Positions 38,499-51,485 of a DNA stretch of 64,000 nt are shown piece by piece. The notes under the pieces are model-generated. The model worked only from the letters and a program-made list of their open reading frames with translations, had not been told where the DNA came from and did no database searches. The first letter of the stretch is position 1, and the number at the start of each line of letters is the position of its first letter. This DNA comes from an uncultured Gemmatimonadales bacterium (GTDB taxonomy: Bacteria; Gemmatimonadota; Gemmatimonadetes; Gemmatimonadales; GWC2-71-9): positions 800,001-864,000 of the forward strand of contig CAWHFW010000002.1 in assembly GCA_963828735.1 (NCBI GenBank). The letters run 5' to 3'. Position numbers and translations under genes: made by a program.

Positions 38499-40955
38499 TC
38501 ACTCGCTCCTGAGCGCGATGGCCGGATCGACGGCCGTCGCCCGACGGGCCGGCAGGTAGCAGGCCGCGAGCGCCACCGCGGTGAGGAGCACCGCGATACC
38601 CCCGAGGGTCAGCGGGTCGTGTGGGCTGGTCTGGTAGAGCAGCCCACCGAGGAACCGCGTCAGCACGAGCGACCCCACGATGCCGACCAGGATGCTCGGC
38701 AGCACCAGCCGCATCCCGCGGGCGATCACGTCGCGGCGGGTGTGGCGCGGGTCCTCGCCCAGCGCGAGCCGGATGCCGAACTCCCGGGTACGCTGCGTGA
38801 CGGTGTAGGCGATCACGCCGAAGATGCCCACCGCCGCGAGCAGGAGGGCGATGCCCCCGAGCGCGGCCATGAGCAGCAGGTTGAACCGCGCCTGCGCCAT
38901 GCCCTCGGACAGATAGAGCTCCATCGGCGCCAGGCGGGTGACCGCGAGATCCTTGTCCATCTCGTGGACGAGCCCCGTCGCCGCGCCGCCGAGGCTCTGC
39001 GGGGCGACGCTGGTCTCGAGGGCCACGTCCACGACGGTCGGGAGTTGCTGCCCCATCGGGTAGAAGATGAGCGGCCGCACGGCGCGAGCGAGATCGTGGC
39101 TGCGCTCGTGCTCCACGACGCCGACGACCTCGGCCATGTTGTTCGCCTCGCCGGTGGGCCCGAGCTGGAGCTGCTTGCCAACTGCGCTCTGCCCCGGCCA
39201 CGCCTGACGCGCGAGGGTCTCGTCGATGATGATCACCGGCGGCTTCCCGACCGCATCGTCCCACGTGAACGCGCGTCCCGCCAGGAGCCGGGTGTTCATG
39301 GCGGTGAAGTACGCGGGTGAGATCTGTCGGCCGTCGGCCGTGACCGACTCCCAGTTCCGCGCGGTGGCCTCGTCGTAGGCATATGGAGAGAGGGGGCCGC
39401 TGCCGGTGAGCGGGAGCTTGGAGATGAGGCCGACCCGCTTCACGCCGGGAAGCTCGCCCAGCCGCCGCTCGACCTCGCGCACGAAGGTCCGGCGCGCGTT
39501 GCCGTTGGGGTACCGGCCCGCCGGCATCGCAAACTGGAAGGTGAGGACGTCCGACGCGTCGAACCCGGGCCGCACCTCCTGCAGCGCGAGGAAGCTCCGC
39601 ACCAGGAGGCCTGCTCCCACGAGGAGGACGACGGAAAGCGCCACTTCGCCCAGGACGAGCAGCCCGCGGATGCGCTGCCGCGTGCGTCCGGTGCCGGCGC
39701 GGCTGCTGCCCTGCAGGGATCGCTGCGGGTCCTTCCCCGCCGCCTGCAGCGCCGGCGCCAGCCCGAAGACGAGCGTGGTCGCGAGGCACGTGAGCGCGGT
39801 GAAGGCCAGGACCCGGCCATCCATGTCGATCTCACCGAGACGCGGGAGGTTCGAGGGATGGAGGGCCCGGAGCAGCCCGAGCGCAAGCGTGGTGACGATG
39901 AGACCCAGCGCCCCGCCAGCGACCGCGAGGACGGCGCTCTCGGTGAGCAGCTGGCGCACGACCGCTCCGCGGCTCGCGCCGAGCGCCGTCCGGAGCGCGA
40001 ACTCGCCCTCGCGCACCGTCGCCCGCACCAGGAGCAGGTGGGCCACGTTGGCGCACGCGATGAGGAGCACCAGCCCCACGGCGCCGAGCAGCACGAGCAG
40101 CGCGGGACGGGCGTGTTTCACGACGTCCTGCTGCAGCGGCACGGCGCGGATCCGGACCTGGGTACCCGCGTGCTCGGGGAATTCCTTCCGGAACTGCATC
40201 GCGATGCCGTCCATCTCCGCCTGCGCCTGCGCAAACGTCACGTCGGGCCGGAGCCGCCCGAACACCGTGAAGAAGGTGTAGTTCCGGGGCGGGGCGTGAC
40301 CGTAGTCGAACTGGAGCGGCGTCCACAGCTCCGCGTCGGTCACCAGAAACGCCTCGGCGGGCAGCGCGAGCCGGAACGCGGTCGGGAGGACGCCCACGAC
40401 CTGGTAGCCGACCCCATCCACCTGGATCGTGCGCCCGACCACGCCGGGATCGGCGCCGTAGCGCCGGCGCCAGAGCCGGTCGCTCAGCATGACGACGTGT
40501 GGTCCGCCGGACGCCTCTTCCGCCTCAAGGAAATTCCGGCCGTAGGCGGGCGTGACGCCGAACAGCGGGAAGAAGTTGGCGGTGACGGTCGCGAATGTCA
40601 CCCGCTCGGGCTCGCCCTCACCGGTGAGATTGCCGTGGAGACCGACAACGCCTGCATCCGATGCGGCCGCAAAGGTCTCAAACGTGCGGCTCCGTCGCTG
40701 GTAATCGCGAAAGTCGAGCGGTGACACCGCCGGCAGGGACTGCGCGCCGACGCCAAAATCATTCCAGATGTTCGCGATCCGGTCCGCTGCGGGATACGCC
40801 AGCGGCCTGAGCAGCACGCCGTTCACCACCGTGAAGATGGTCGTCGTCGCGCCGATGCCGAGCGCGAGCGTGAGCACCGCGGCGAACGTGAAGCCCGGCG
40901 TCCGCCGGAGGGCACGGACCGCGTAGCGCAGGTCCTGGAGGAGACGGTGCATCAT
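38499..40955 (-). CDS. ADOP-family duplicated MacB/FtsX ABC permease (7 of 7)
   Basis: [37 protein letters not shown], ends ALRSE. Confidence 0.93.
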   Translation of the reverse strand: MMHRLLQDLRYAVRALRRTPGFTFAAVLTLALGIGATTTIFTVVNGVLLRPLAYPAADRIANIWNDFGVGAQSLPAVSPLDFRDYQRRSRTFETFAAASDAGVVGLHGNLTGEGEPERVTFATVTANFFPLFGVTPAYGRNFLEAEEASGGPHVVMLSDRLWRRRYGADPGVVGRTIQVDGVGYQVVGVLPTAFRLALPAEAFLVTDAELWTPLQFDYGHAPPRNYTFFTVFGRLRPDVTFAQAQAEMDGIAMQFRKEFPEHAGTQVRIRAVPLQQDVVKHARPALLVLLGAVGLVLLIACANVAHLLLVRATVREGEFALRTALGASRGAVVRQLLTESAVLAVAGGALGLIVTTLALGLLRALHPSNLPRLGEIDMDGRVLAFTALTCLATTLVFGLAPALQAAGKDPQRSLQGSSRAGTGRTRQRIRGLLVLGEVALSVVLLVGAGLLVRSFLALQEVRPGFDASDVLTFQFAMPAGRYPNGNARRTFVREVERRLGELPGVKRVGLISKLPLTGSGPLSPYAYDEATARNWESVTADGRQISPAYFTAMNTRLLAGRAFTWDDAVGKPPVIIIDETLARQAWPGQSAVGKQLQLGPTGEANNMAEVVGVVEHERSHDLARAVRPLIFYPMGQQLPTVVDVALETSVAPQSLGGAATGLVHEMDKDLAVTRLAPMELYLSEGMAQARFNLLLMAALGGIALLLAAVGIFGVIAYTVTQRTREFGIRLALGEDPRHTRRDVIARGMRLVLPSILVGIVGSLVLTRFLGGLLYQTSPHDPLTLGGIAVLLTAVALAACYLPARRATAVDPAIALRSE

Positions 40956-43381
40956 TCGCTCCGAAGCGCGATGACGGGATCGACCCGCGTGGCGCGCAGG
41001 GCGGGGATCAGGCAGGCCACCGCGGACACGGCGGCCAGTGTGGCCACGGCGGCGGCGAGCACGGCGGGATCGGTGGGGCTCACCCCGAAGAGCTGGCTCA
41101 CCAGGAGTCTGGTGAGCGCCAGCGCCCCCGCGAGGCCGAGCCCGATCCCCAGCGCGGCCATGCCGAGGCCGCGGCCCAGCACCAGGTAGCGCACGCTGGT
41201 GGTACTGGCCCCGAGTGCGAGCCGGATCCCGAGCTCCCGGGTGCGCTGGCTGACGCTGTAGGCCATGACGCCGTAAACGCCCACCGCCGCGATGCTCAGC
41301 GCGAGCGCGCCGAAGACCGTGAGCAGGAGCATGCTGAACCGGTAGCGGGCCACCGCATCGCTCACCAGCTCGCTCGCCGGACGCAGCCGGCTCACCGCCT
41401 GCTCGGCATCGACGTCGTGCACCGCGGCCTTGATCGCCGGGAAGAGGGTCGTCGACGGCAGCGCCCCCCGGACCACGAACGAGATCGGCAGCGGGACGAA
41501 GATGGTCCAGAACTCCGGCGTGAGCTGCGACGCCGGCACGTAGAGCTCCGGCTGTGCCGGCGAAGACAGGCCGTCGTGATGCACGTCGCCCACGACGCCG
41601 ACGATCTCCCGCCACTCGGGCTCGTCGGTCGGGCTGCCGAAGGTCACGCGTTTGCCGATCGGGTCCTGTCCGCCGAAGAACGAGCGGACGAACGCCTCGT
41701 TGACCACGGCGACGCGGCGCTCGCCTCCGCTGTCGGTCGCGCGGAGGGTCCGGCCTCGTCGGACCGCGATCTCCATGCTCTCGAGATATTCGCCCATCAC
41801 GATACGATAGCCAGCGTAGCGCTCGTGGCCCGGCGCCGCGGCCGGCTCTCCCTCGACGGAAACGTCCCCGTTGGTGTTCCCGTCGCCGAGCGGGAGGAAG
41901 TACACGGCGCCAGCGTGCGTGACGCCCGGGATCGCGCGAAGGCCGTCGAGCACCCGGCCCACGAACTGGCGCTGCGCATCCGCGCTCGGGTACTTGGCGC
42001 TCGACAGGTTGAACTGGAAGGCGGTGGCGTGCTCCGGCTGGAACCCCGGGTCCACGCCCGCGAGCCGCCTGACGCTGACGATGAGGAGCGCGGCGCCGGC
42101 GAGCAGCACCAGCGCGAGGGCCACCTGCGCGACGACGAGCCCCGAGCGAAACCGGGTGCCCTGCCGCCCGCCAGTGCCGCGGCCCTCGCCGCGGAACGAC
42201 TCCGCGGGGTCATGGCGCGAGGCGGCGAAGGCCGGCGCGAGCCCGAACAGCAGACCGACGCCTACCGATACGAGAAGGGTGAAGGCCAGCACCCTGGCGT
42301 CGACCGAGACCCCGCTCAGGCGCGGGATGCCGCGCGGATGCAGCGCGAGCAGAGCGTCGACCGACCAGGTCGCGACCAGCATGCCGAGCGCGCCGCCCAG
42401 CAGCGAGAGAACCACCGCCTCGGCCATTGCCTGCTGCATGAGACGGCGGCGCCCGGCGCCGAGGGCGGCCCGGACGGCCAGCTCACGGGTGCGCGTCGAC
42501 GCGCGCGCGAGGAGCAGGTTGGCGACGTTGGCGCAGGCGATGAGCAGGACGAATCCCACGGCGCCGAGGAGGAGGAGCAGCGCGGGCCGGATGCTGCCGA
42601 TGGCATCCTCGGTGAACGAGGTGACCTTCGCCCCCCGCCCCGTGTTGGTGGCGGGATACTCGGTCGCGAGTGCACGCGCCACCGCGCTCATGTCCTGCTG
42701 CGCGGCGGCCAGGGTCGAGCCCGGCTTGAGCCGCGCGATCACCTCATACGAGTGCGAGTCCCGATCGTTTGCGCGCCCGGTGCCGAAGCCGAGCGGCAGC
42801 CAGAGCTGGGTCCGCCCCGGATAGTCGAGCGAGGCCGGCGCCACGCCGACCACCGTGTAAGGTGTGCCGCCGAGGTCGATCGTGCGCCCGAGGATGCCTG
42901 GATCGGCGCCGAATCGCGTGCGCCAGAGCGACTCGCCGATGACGGCGACCGTGGCCTGGCCGTGGTCCTCGCCCGGCAGCAGCCCGCGCCCCAGCATCGG
43001 TTCCACGCCGAGCGTACGGAAGAAATCCGAGGAGATCAGCGCCGCCGACATCTCCTCCGGCTCGCCGGCGCCGAGCATGGTGACGGCGACGCCGCGCCAC
43101 GCGGCGAGCGAGCTGAAGTAATGTGCCCGCGCCTGCCAGTCGAGCGCGTTGGCCCCGCTCACGGACCCGGCGACGTCGGCGGCGTATGTCTCCTGCACCA
43201 CCACCAGCCGGTCCGGCTGCGGATACGGAAACGGTCGCAGCAGCACGCCGTTCACCACACTGAAGATCGCGCTGTTCGCCCCGATGCCGAGCGCGAGCGT
43301 GAACAGCGTGACCGCCGTGAAGCCGGGAGCCTTGGCCAGCGAGCGGAGTGCGTAGCGCAGGTCCTGCCAGAGTCCGGTCAT
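40952..43381 (-). CDS. ADOP-family ABC permease (6 of 7)
   Basis: Same motifs; start overlaps upstream stop. Confidence 0.93.
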   Translation of the reverse strand: MTGLWQDLRYALRSLAKAPGFTAVTLFTLALGIGANSAIFSVVNGVLLRPFPYPQPDRLVVVQETYAADVAGSVSGANALDWQARAHYFSSLAAWRGVAVTMLGAGEPEEMSAALISSDFFRTLGVEPMLGRGLLPGEDHGQATVAVIGESLWRTRFGADPGILGRTIDLGGTPYTVVGVAPASLDYPGRTQLWLPLGFGTGRANDRDSHSYEVIARLKPGSTLAAAQQDMSAVARALATEYPATNTGRGAKVTSFTEDAIGSIRPALLLLLGAVGFVLLIACANVANLLLARASTRTRELAVRAALGAGRRRLMQQAMAEAVVLSLLGGALGMLVATWSVDALLALHPRGIPRLSGVSVDARVLAFTLLVSVGVGLLFGLAPAFAASRHDPAESFRGEGRGTGGRQGTRFRSGLVVAQVALALVLLAGAALLIVSVRRLAGVDPGFQPEHATAFQFNLSSAKYPSADAQRQFVGRVLDGLRAIPGVTHAGAVYFLPLGDGNTNGDVSVEGEPAAAPGHERYAGYRIVMGEYLESMEIAVRRGRTLRATDSGGERRVAVVNEAFVRSFFGGQDPIGKRVTFGSPTDEPEWREIVGVVGDVHHDGLSSPAQPELYVPASQLTPEFWTIFVPLPISFVVRGALPSTTLFPAIKAAVHDVDAEQAVSRLRPASELVSDAVARYRFSMLLLTVFGALALSIAAVGVYGVMAYSVSQRTRELGIRLALGASTTSVRYLVLGRGLGMAALGIGLGLAGALALTRLLVSQLFGVSPTDPAVLAAAVATLAAVSAVACLIPALRATRVDPVIALRSE

Positions 43382-45843
43382 CAGTCGCTCCTGAGCGCGT
43401 GAGCGGGGTCGGTGCGCACTGCGCGCATCGCCGGCACCAGGGTCGCGCCGGCCGCGACGGCTGCCAGCACGAGCGCCGTCCCCCCGAACGTCAGCGGATC
43501 GGTCGGGCGGACCTCGAACAGGAGGCCCGAGAGCACGCGGCTGGCGGCCAGCGCGCCGATCGTCCCCGCCGCGATGCCGCCGCCCACGACCCACGCCGAT
43601 TGCGAGACGACGAGCCGGAGGATCTGCTCGGGCACCGCGCCCAGCGCCATCCGGATTCCGATCTCGCGCTTCCGTTCGGACACGAGGTGGGCCATGACGC
43701 CATAGATCCCCACAGCACCCAGCACCAGGGCGACGAGGGCGAACCCGCTCACCAGCAGCATGATGAGGCGCCGCTCCGCGGCCCAGGCGCCCAGCGCCGC
43801 CTCCATCGTCTGCGACTCGGCCACGGGGGTGTCGGGGTCGAGAGCGGTGACCGTCGAGCGCAGGGCTGCGGTCAGCGCCTCGGGATTGCCCGCGGAGCGG
43901 AGAGCGACGTACATCGCGGCCTGGGGCATGCCCGTTCCGGCCGGGAACTGCTCGTACGGCAGGTACATCTCCGGCCGCGCGGGCGCGGTGAGGCCTCGAT
44001 GGTGGACATCGCCTACCACGCCCACCACCGTGCGCCAGATCGAATCGGCGTCACCCCCGCCGAGCAGCACCCGCCGGCCGACCGGATCCTGGCCGGGCCA
44101 GACCTGCGCGGCCAGCGTCCGGTTCACGATCATCGCCCCCGGACCGCCGGCCCGGTCGGCGTCGGTGAAGTCGCGGCCCTGCAGCAATGGAATGCCCATG
44201 GTGCCGAAGTACCCGGTGCTCACCACCTGCCAATCGGCCGGATGCCAATCGGTCGGAAGCGGCGGCGAGGCGGCCTGACCCTCGAGCACGAACGACCAGT
44301 CACCGATCTCGAGCCTGCCGGTCATGGGGAGCGCGCGCGCCATGGCGACCGACTGCACGCCAGGCACGTGCGCCAGGCGGTCGAGCAGCTCGCGATAGAA
44401 GTCCCGTCGGGCCGTACTGGTATGGAACCGCACGGTGGAGAGCTCGATCCGCGCGGTGAGCAGCCCTTCCGGGCGGAAGCCGGGATCCACCTGCCGCAGG
44501 TGGAGGAAGCTCTGGACCAGAAGACCCGCTCCCGTCACCAGCACCAGCGCGAGGGCCACCTGTCCCGCCACCAGCAGGCGCCGGACCCGGTGACGCTGGC
44601 CGCCGGCCGTGCCCGCGCGTCCCCCATCGGTGAGGGCGTTGGACAGGTCGTGACGCACGGCATGGAGCGCCGGGGCCATCCCGAACAGGATGCCAGTGAA
44701 CAGCGTGAGGCAGAGGGTGAACAGCAGTACGCGTCCGTCCATGCCGACGGCCGAGAGACGCGGGATGGACGCGGGCGCCGCGAGCACCAGACCGCTCACT
44801 CCCCAGGAGGCCAGCATCACGCCGATTGCCCCGCCGGCCACCGCGAGCAGCACGCTCTCGGTGAGGAGCTGGCGGATCAGCCGCGTGCGTCCCGCGCCCA
44901 GCGCCGTGCGCAGCGCGATCTCGCGCTGGCGGGATTCGGCGCGCGCGAGCAGCAGCGCGGCCACGTTCGCGCACGCGATGAGCAGGAGCAGCGCGACCGC
45001 GCCCAGCAGGACAAGGATCGCGGGCCGCACGTCACCCACGACCTCCTGCTCGACCGCCGTCGCCGAGCCGTCGAATTCCGGCGTGTAGTCCATCGGGTAC
45101 GCGGCCAGCATACCGCGCATGAGGGTCGACATTTCGGCCGAGGCCGCCGCGAGCGTCACCCCGTCGCGCAGGCGGCCGACCGCCTCCAGGAAGTGCCAGC
45201 CGCGTACGCTGCGGTTGGTGGCGGGATCGAGCTGGAGCGGCGCCCAGAGCTCCATGCCGGGGCCCGCGTGGTGCGCGGGGAGCTGAAAGCCGGCGGGCAT
45301 CACGCCGACCACCGTCGTCGGCGCATCGTCGATCATGAGCACGCGGCCGACGATCGTCGGATCGGCGCCGAAGCGCCGGCGCCAGAGTCCGTCGCTGAGA
45401 AGCGCGACCGCGGGCCGGCCCGGCAGATCCTCTTCCGCGGTGAATGCGCGTCCGATCGACGGGGTGACACCGAGCACGCCCGGAATGCTGGCGGTGATGT
45501 AGCCGGTGCGCAGCCGCTCCGGGGCGCCGCCTCCCGTGAGGGTCGCGGTCCCGCCGGCGTAGGCGCCGATCCGGACGAAGGAATGCGCGCGCTCTCCGAG
45601 GTCCCAGTACTCCGGCACGCTCAGCTCCGCGTGCGGCGTCTGCGTGCGGTGCCCCCAGATCATCGCGAGGCGATCGGGCCGCTCGTAGGGTAGCGGCCGC
45701 AACAGCACCCCGTTGGCCACGCTGAAGATCGCCGTGTTGGCCCCGATACCGAGCGCGAGCGTCAGCACCGCGACCGCGGTGAACCCGGGCCGCTGCCGCA
45801 GCCCGCGCAACGCGTACCGGAGATCCTGGACGAAGCCGTTCAT
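43381..45843 (-). CDS. ADOP-family ABC permease (5 of 7)
   Basis: Same motifs; 820 aa. Confidence 0.93.
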   Translation of the reverse strand: MNGFVQDLRYALRGLRQRPGFTAVAVLTLALGIGANTAIFSVANGVLLRPLPYERPDRLAMIWGHRTQTPHAELSVPEYWDLGERAHSFVRIGAYAGGTATLTGGGAPERLRTGYITASIPGVLGVTPSIGRAFTAEEDLPGRPAVALLSDGLWRRRFGADPTIVGRVLMIDDAPTTVVGVMPAGFQLPAHHAGPGMELWAPLQLDPATNRSVRGWHFLEAVGRLRDGVTLAAASAEMSTLMRGMLAAYPMDYTPEFDGSATAVEQEVVGDVRPAILVLLGAVALLLLIACANVAALLLARAESRQREIALRTALGAGRTRLIRQLLTESVLLAVAGGAIGVMLASWGVSGLVLAAPASIPRLSAVGMDGRVLLFTLCLTLFTGILFGMAPALHAVRHDLSNALTDGGRAGTAGGQRHRVRRLLVAGQVALALVLVTGAGLLVQSFLHLRQVDPGFRPEGLLTARIELSTVRFHTSTARRDFYRELLDRLAHVPGVQSVAMARALPMTGRLEIGDWSFVLEGQAASPPLPTDWHPADWQVVSTGYFGTMGIPLLQGRDFTDADRAGGPGAMIVNRTLAAQVWPGQDPVGRRVLLGGGDADSIWRTVVGVVGDVHHRGLTAPARPEMYLPYEQFPAGTGMPQAAMYVALRSAGNPEALTAALRSTVTALDPDTPVAESQTMEAALGAWAAERRLIMLLVSGFALVALVLGAVGIYGVMAHLVSERKREIGIRMALGAVPEQILRLVVSQSAWVVGGGIAAGTIGALAASRVLSGLLFEVRPTDPLTFGGTALVLAAVAAGATLVPAMRAVRTDPAHALRSD

Positions 45844-48300
45844 TCGGACCTCAGGGACGTCATCGGGTCCACCCGCAGGGCGCGGCGGGCCGGAAGGTAG
45901 CTCGCCGTGAGCGCCACGGCGCCGAGCAGGAGGGCCACGCTCACGTAGGTGAAGGGATCGCGCGCGCTCACGCCGTAGAGCTGGCTCGTCAGCACGCGGC
46001 TCAGGATCCAGGCGCCGGTGAGACCGATGAGCAGTCCCAGGCCGACCAGTCGCATCCCCTGCCCCACCACCAGCTCGAGCACGTCACGCGAGCCGGCGCC
46101 GAGCGCCATGCGGATGCCGATCTCGTGGCGCCGCTGGGTGGTGCTGTAGGCCATCACGCCGTAGATGCCGATGGCCGACAGCAGGAGCGCCAGCCCGGCG
46201 AACAGGGTGAGCAGGAGAAGCGAGAACCGACGCTCGGCGCTGGCATCGGACACCACCTTTTCCATCGGCGTGATGCCGAACACCGGCTGGTCGGGATCGA
46301 CCGCGCGGATCGCTCGGGTCACGGCGGGGCCGAGGCGGGCGGGATCGTCCTCGGTGCGGACGATGAAGGCCATCTCCTGGTTGGGAAAGCGCTGGCTCGA
46401 GAGATACAGCTCCTCGCGCGGGGGCTGGTCCGGCGCCACCTGTCGCACGTCGCCGACCACTCCCACGATCGTCACCATCGGGCCCTGGGGACCGAAGACC
46501 TGCACGCGCCGACCGATCGGGGTCTCGTTCGGCCAGTACCTGTTCGCGAGGGTCTGGTTGACCACGGCTTCGACGGGGCCGCTCGAGTCCACCACTGCCG
46601 ACGATGGTACGGCCGCGCAAGATGGGGATCTGCATCGCCTGGAAGAACTCGGGGGTCACCACCCGCATATCCGCCACCGGTGACGGCTGGTCCGGTGGGG
46701 TGGGCCGGCCCTCGATCTCGAAGCGACTGTCCCCCCGACCGCGATAGGGTAACCGGCTCACCAGCGCCACCTGCCGGACTCCCGGCACGCTGGCGACGGC
46801 CGCTTGTGCCCGATCGTAGAACGCACGCCGCTGGGCATTGGTGTAGTACCGGCCCTTCTCAGGCTGGTTCTGCACCGGCAGCCACACCTGTAGCGCCAGG
46901 AGATGGTCGGGATTGAACCCTGGCTCCACTTCGATCAGCCGTTGGAAGCTCCGCAGCAGGAGTCCGGCGCCCGCGAGCAGCACGAGGGCGACCGCGACCT
47001 CCAGGACGACCAGCGCGCCGCGCACGCGGTTGCGGGGAGCGCCGGCCGTCGCGCCCCGGCCGGCATCCTTGAGCACGCTCTGGAGATCCGGGCGTGACGC
47101 CTGGAACGCCGGGATGATGCCGAACCCGAGCCCGGTCACGAGCGTCAGCAGCGCGGTGAATCCCAGCACGGACTTGTCGATGCCGATGTCCCGCGCGCGC
47201 GGCAGGTACAGCCGGGCGAGCTCGCCCAGCGCGCTGGTGCCCCAGGCCGCGATCAGCAACCCGAACAGCCCGCCAAGCGTCGCGAGCAGCACGCTCTCCG
47301 TCAGCAACTGTCGCATGAGGCGCAGGCGGCTGCCCCCCATCGCGGTGCGGATGGCGATCTCCCGGTCGCGCGTCGTGGCCCGGGCGAGCAGCAGGTTGGC
47401 GACGTTCGCGCAGCCGATCAGCAGCACGAACCCCACGGCGCCGAGCAGCACCAGCAGCGCGGGCCGCACGTTTCCGACCACGCGCTCCGCCAGCGGGATG
47501 CCTTCCGCCTGCCAGCCGAGCGCCGGCGGATACGCGTCGGGATACCGCGACGCGAGCCGCCCGGTCAGCGCGAGGAGCTGCGCCTGGAACTGATCCACCG
47601 TCGCTCCCGGCTTGATGCGGCCGATGAGATCGAACACCCGGGCGCCGCGATTGTTCATGAACGTGGTGTCCGGGTTGTCCATCGCGATCGGCGCCCACAG
47701 CTCCATCGGCGAGGCACCGCTCTCCACCGGGTGCCGGAATCCGCGCGGCATTACGCCGATGATGGTGATCGGGTCGTCGTCGAGGCGGACGGTCCGACCG
47801 ATCACCGCCCGGTCACCGCCGAAGCGCCGCTGCCACAGGTCGTAGGAAATGAGCGCGACGTAGCCGATGCGGCCCTGGTCGTCGGCCTTGGTGAAATCGC
47901 GACCCAACGCCGGCGCGACCCCGAGCAGCGAGAAGTAGTTGAAGCTCACGACCGCGGCCTGGATCCGCTCCGGCTCGTCGGAGCCGGTCAGGTTGATGTT
48001 GATCGGCCACACGGCGGCGAGATCGCGCAGGGCGGGCACTTCTCGCACCAGATCGTGGTACTCCGGCTCCGACATCGGCACGTCGCGCCGATTGCGGCCC
48101 ACCAGCCGCGCGCGGACGCTGACGAGCTGCTCGGGCTGCGTGTAGGCCAGCGGGCGCAGGAGCACGGTGTTGACCACGCTGAAGATCGCGGTGTTGGCGC
48201 CGATGCCCAGGGCGAGGGTGAGCACCGCCACCGCCGTGAACGCCGGACTCCGGGTGAGGCCACGGAGCGCGAACCGGAGATCCCGCCAGAAGGCGTCCAT
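45840..48300 (-). pseudogene. ADOP-family ABC permease (4 of 7) with a +1 frameshift near 46602
   Basis: N-terminal part reads to ...LRGRTI; C-terminal part (SAVVDSSGPVEAVVNQTLA...SLRSE) is in another frame; removing one base gives a full ~820 aa permease. Confidence 0.88.
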
Positions 48301-49016
48301 CAGGCCACCTCTCGATCGCCTGGCACGCCCGGCACGAGGCGTCCATCGTACAGGTAGACCGTCCGCCGTGCCTCGCGGAGGTAGCGCGGATCGTGGGTGA
48401 CGACGACCAGCGTCGCACCCTCCTCGTTCAGCTCGCGCAGCAGCGCGGTGACTTCGGCGCCGTTGGTGGAATCGAGGTTGCCGGTCGGCTCATCGGCCAG
48501 GAGCACCAGCGGGTGCCCCGCGACCGCGCGCGCCACCGCGACGCGCTGCTGCTGGCCGCCCGACAGCTGCGCGGGGTAATGCTTGAGGCGATGCAGCAGG
48601 CCGACCCGGTCGAGGGCTGCGAGCGCCGCCGTCCGCCGTTCCTCCGCGGGCATGCCGCGGTAGCGGAGCGGCAGCTCCACGTTGTCGTAGACGGTGAGGT
48701 CGCCGATCAGATTGAAGGCCTGGAAGATGAAGCCGATGGCGCGAGCCCGGACGCGAGCCCGCTGCGCGACCGACAACGTGGAGACGGGCTCGCCCGCCAA
48801 CACGTAGCTGCCCTCGCTCGGCGTGTCGAGCAGGCCGAGCAGGGAGAGCAGCGTCGTCTTCCCGCAGCCCGAGGGGCCGCACACGGCCAGGTATTCGCCG
48901 GCGCGGATCTCGAGGTCCACGCGCGAGAGGGCGTGGGTCTCCACCTCGTCGGCGTGAAAGATCCGGGACACGCCCTGCAGCCGGATCAGCGGATCGATGG
49001 CGAGCGACATGGTCAC
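48300..49016 (-). CDS. MacB/LolD-type ABC ATP-binding protein
   Basis: [31 protein letters not shown]. Confidence 0.95.
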   Translation of the reverse strand: MTMSLAIDPLIRLQGVSRIFHADEVETHALSRVDLEIRAGEYLAVCGPSGCGKTTLLSLLGLLDTPSEGSYVLAGEPVSTLSVAQRARVRARAIGFIFQAFNLIGDLTVYDNVELPLRYRGMPAEERRTAALAALDRVGLLHRLKHYPAQLSGGQQQRVAVARAVAGHPLVLLADEPTGNLDSTNGAEVTALLRELNEEGATLVVVTHDPRYLREARRTVYLYDGRLVPGVPGDREVA

Positions 49017-51430
49017 TCCGCCCGGAGCGCGACGGCCGGATCCAGCCGGGCCGCGCGAAGTGCCGGCAGCAGGGCCGCGACGAGCGCGACCACCGAGAGC
49101 ACCAGAATGCCCGCGCCCAGCGTCGGCGGATCGGTCGGGCTCACGCGGAACAGCAGTCCGCCCATGAGCCGCGCGAGCGTCACGGCGCCCACCAGGCCCA
49201 GCGCGAGCCCCACGCCGGTCAGGGCGGCGGCGTGACCCACCACCAGCCGGAGGACCCGTCCGCGGCCGGCGCCGAGCGCGACGCGGATGCCGATCTCCTG
49301 CGCGCGCTGGGTCACTCCATAGGAGATGACGCCGTACACGCCGATGGCCGCGAGCAGGAGCGCGATGCCGCCGAACACGCCGAGCAGCGTGGTGCTGAAG
49401 CGGGACGCGGCGAGCGAGGCGGTACGCCGGTCGTCCATGGTCGAGATGTCGTAGACCGGGAGCGAGCGGTCGACGCTCCAGACGGCGTCACGCATCGCGG
49501 GCGCCAGCGCGATCGGCTCGCCCGACGTCCGGGCGGCGAGCGTCATGGTGCGGTCGATCCAGCGCCAGGCCGCCTTCGGCGCCTGCGCCAGCGGGAGGTA
49601 GAACTCCGCCGGCGCGTCGCGACCGAGGCCGCGGGCGTGGATGTCGGCTACGACGCCCACGATCGTCTTCCAGTTCGGCCCGCCGTCCGGGCCGGGCTCA
49701 CAGCAGGCCACCCGCTTGCCGAGCGGGTCCTCGCCGGGCCACGCGCGCTTCGCCATCGTCTCGTTGATGATCATGACGAGCGGCGCGCCCGCGCGGTCCT
49801 CCGCGGCGAAGGTGCGGCCAGTCCGGAGCCGCACTCCCATGGCCCGGAAATATCCGGCGGTGACGAGTCGCATGTCGGCCTGGATCGCCGAGCTCATCTC
49901 GAGCGGGCGTCCCTCGGGGATGAGGCCGTTGTCCCCGCCGCCCTCGAACGGCGCCGTCGAGGAAAGCCCCGCCGCGGTCGCGCCCGGGGCGTGCTCGAGC
50001 GCCTCCGCGATCCGCTCGAACGCCTGGCCCGCCGCGTCGGGCGTGCCGTAGCCGCTTTCTGGTAGCGAGATGCGACCCACCAACACACCCCGCGGATCGA
50101 AGCCCGGATCCACACCGTTGAGCGCGATGGCACTGCGGATGAGCAAGCCGGCGCCGGTCAGCAGTACCAGCGCGAGCGCGATCTCGCCGACGACGAGCGC
50201 GCCCCGGAGTCGGTCGCGCCGTCCGCCCGACACGGCCCGGCCGCCTTCCTTGAGTGCGTCCTGCGGCAGCTGGGCCGCCATCCGGCCGGCGGGCGCGAGG
50301 CCGAAGATCAGGCCCGCCGCCACCGTGAGCAGCAGCACGAAGAGCAGCACCGGGGCGTCCACGCGTGCGAGCCCCAGGCGAGGAATGTCGGACGGCCCGA
50401 TGGCGACCAGCCCCGCTACGCCCCAGTAGGCGGCGAGGATCCCCAGCGCCCCGCCGCCCGCGGCGAGCACCAGGCTCTCGGCCAGCGCGTGCCGGAGGAT
50501 GTGGCGCCGCCCCGCGCCGATTGCCGCCCGGATCGCGGTCTCGCGCGCTCGCGCGGCCGCGCGAGCCAACAGCAGGTTCGCGATGTTGGCGCACGCGATG
50601 AGCAGCACGAACCCGACCGCGCCGAGGAGAACGAAGAGTCTGGTGCGGTAGTCACCGACCAGCTCCTCGTGCAACCCGGCCACCCCGAAGCCGCGGTCGT
50701 CGTTGGTCATCGGGAACCGCTCCCGCAAGCCCTTGGCGATCTGGTCGAGCTCGGGCTGCACCTGCGTCACCGGCACGCCGGGCTTGAGCCGCGCGAGCAC
50801 CGTGAGGAAATGCTCGTCGTGCTCCACGAGCTGCGCCGGCGGGAAGGCGGCCGGCACCCACAGCTGCTCGTCGTACAGCGCGTAGTCGAGGGACCGCGGC
50901 ATGACGCCGATCACCTGGCGCGGCGAGCCGTCGAGGCGAACCTCGCGCCCGACGATCCCCGGATCGGCCCCGAATCGCCGCCGCCAGAGACCATCGCTCA
51001 GCACCACGACCGCGTCGTTGCCCGGCCGATCCTCCCCGGCGACGAATCCGCGACCGAGTGCCGGCTGCACCCCCAGGAGCTGGAAGAACTCCGTTCCCAC
51101 CCGTGCCCCGGTCACGTTCTCGGGGACGTCCGCGCCGGCCAGGTTCATGCTGGCGCCCGTCATCGGCACGAGATACTGGAACAGCCTGTCCTCGCGCTTT
51201 ACGTCGGCCCAGTTGCCGACCGACACCGATCCGGGGTGGCCCTTCCAGATCTCCCGGAACAGCAGGATCCCCTGCGGGTCGGCGAACGGCAGCGGACGGA
51301 AGAGGACGGCATACACCACGCTGAACACCGCGGTGGTGGCGCCGATGCAGACGGCCAGCGTCAGGATCACCGCGAGGGCGAGGGTCGGGGTCTTGCGCAG
51401 CGAGCGGATAGCGAAACGGACGTCGTTCAT
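49013..51430 (-). CDS. ADOP-family ABC permease (3 of 7)
   Basis: Same motifs; ends ALRAE. Confidence 0.93.
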   Translation of the reverse strand: MNDVRFAIRSLRKTPTLALAVILTLAVCIGATTAVFSVVYAVLFRPLPFADPQGILLFREIWKGHPGSVSVGNWADVKREDRLFQYLVPMTGASMNLAGADVPENVTGARVGTEFFQLLGVQPALGRGFVAGEDRPGNDAVVVLSDGLWRRRFGADPGIVGREVRLDGSPRQVIGVMPRSLDYALYDEQLWVPAAFPPAQLVEHDEHFLTVLARLKPGVPVTQVQPELDQIAKGLRERFPMTNDDRGFGVAGLHEELVGDYRTRLFVLLGAVGFVLLIACANIANLLLARAAARARETAIRAAIGAGRRHILRHALAESLVLAAGGGALGILAAYWGVAGLVAIGPSDIPRLGLARVDAPVLLFVLLLTVAAGLIFGLAPAGRMAAQLPQDALKEGGRAVSGGRRDRLRGALVVGEIALALVLLTGAGLLIRSAIALNGVDPGFDPRGVLVGRISLPESGYGTPDAAGQAFERIAEALEHAPGATAAGLSSTAPFEGGGDNGLIPEGRPLEMSSAIQADMRLVTAGYFRAMGVRLRTGRTFAAEDRAGAPLVMIINETMAKRAWPGEDPLGKRVACCEPGPDGGPNWKTIVGVVADIHARGLGRDAPAEFYLPLAQAPKAAWRWIDRTMTLAARTSGEPIALAPAMRDAVWSVDRSLPVYDISTMDDRRTASLAASRFSTTLLGVFGGIALLLAAIGVYGVISYGVTQRAQEIGIRVALGAGRGRVLRLVVGHAAALTGVGLALGLVGAVTLARLMGGLLFRVSPTDPPTLGAGILVLSVVALVAALLPALRAARLDPAVALRAE

Positions 51431-51485
51431 GGCGTCACTCGGCGCGAAGCGCCGTCATGGGGTTGGCATGGGTCGGTCGGCATCG

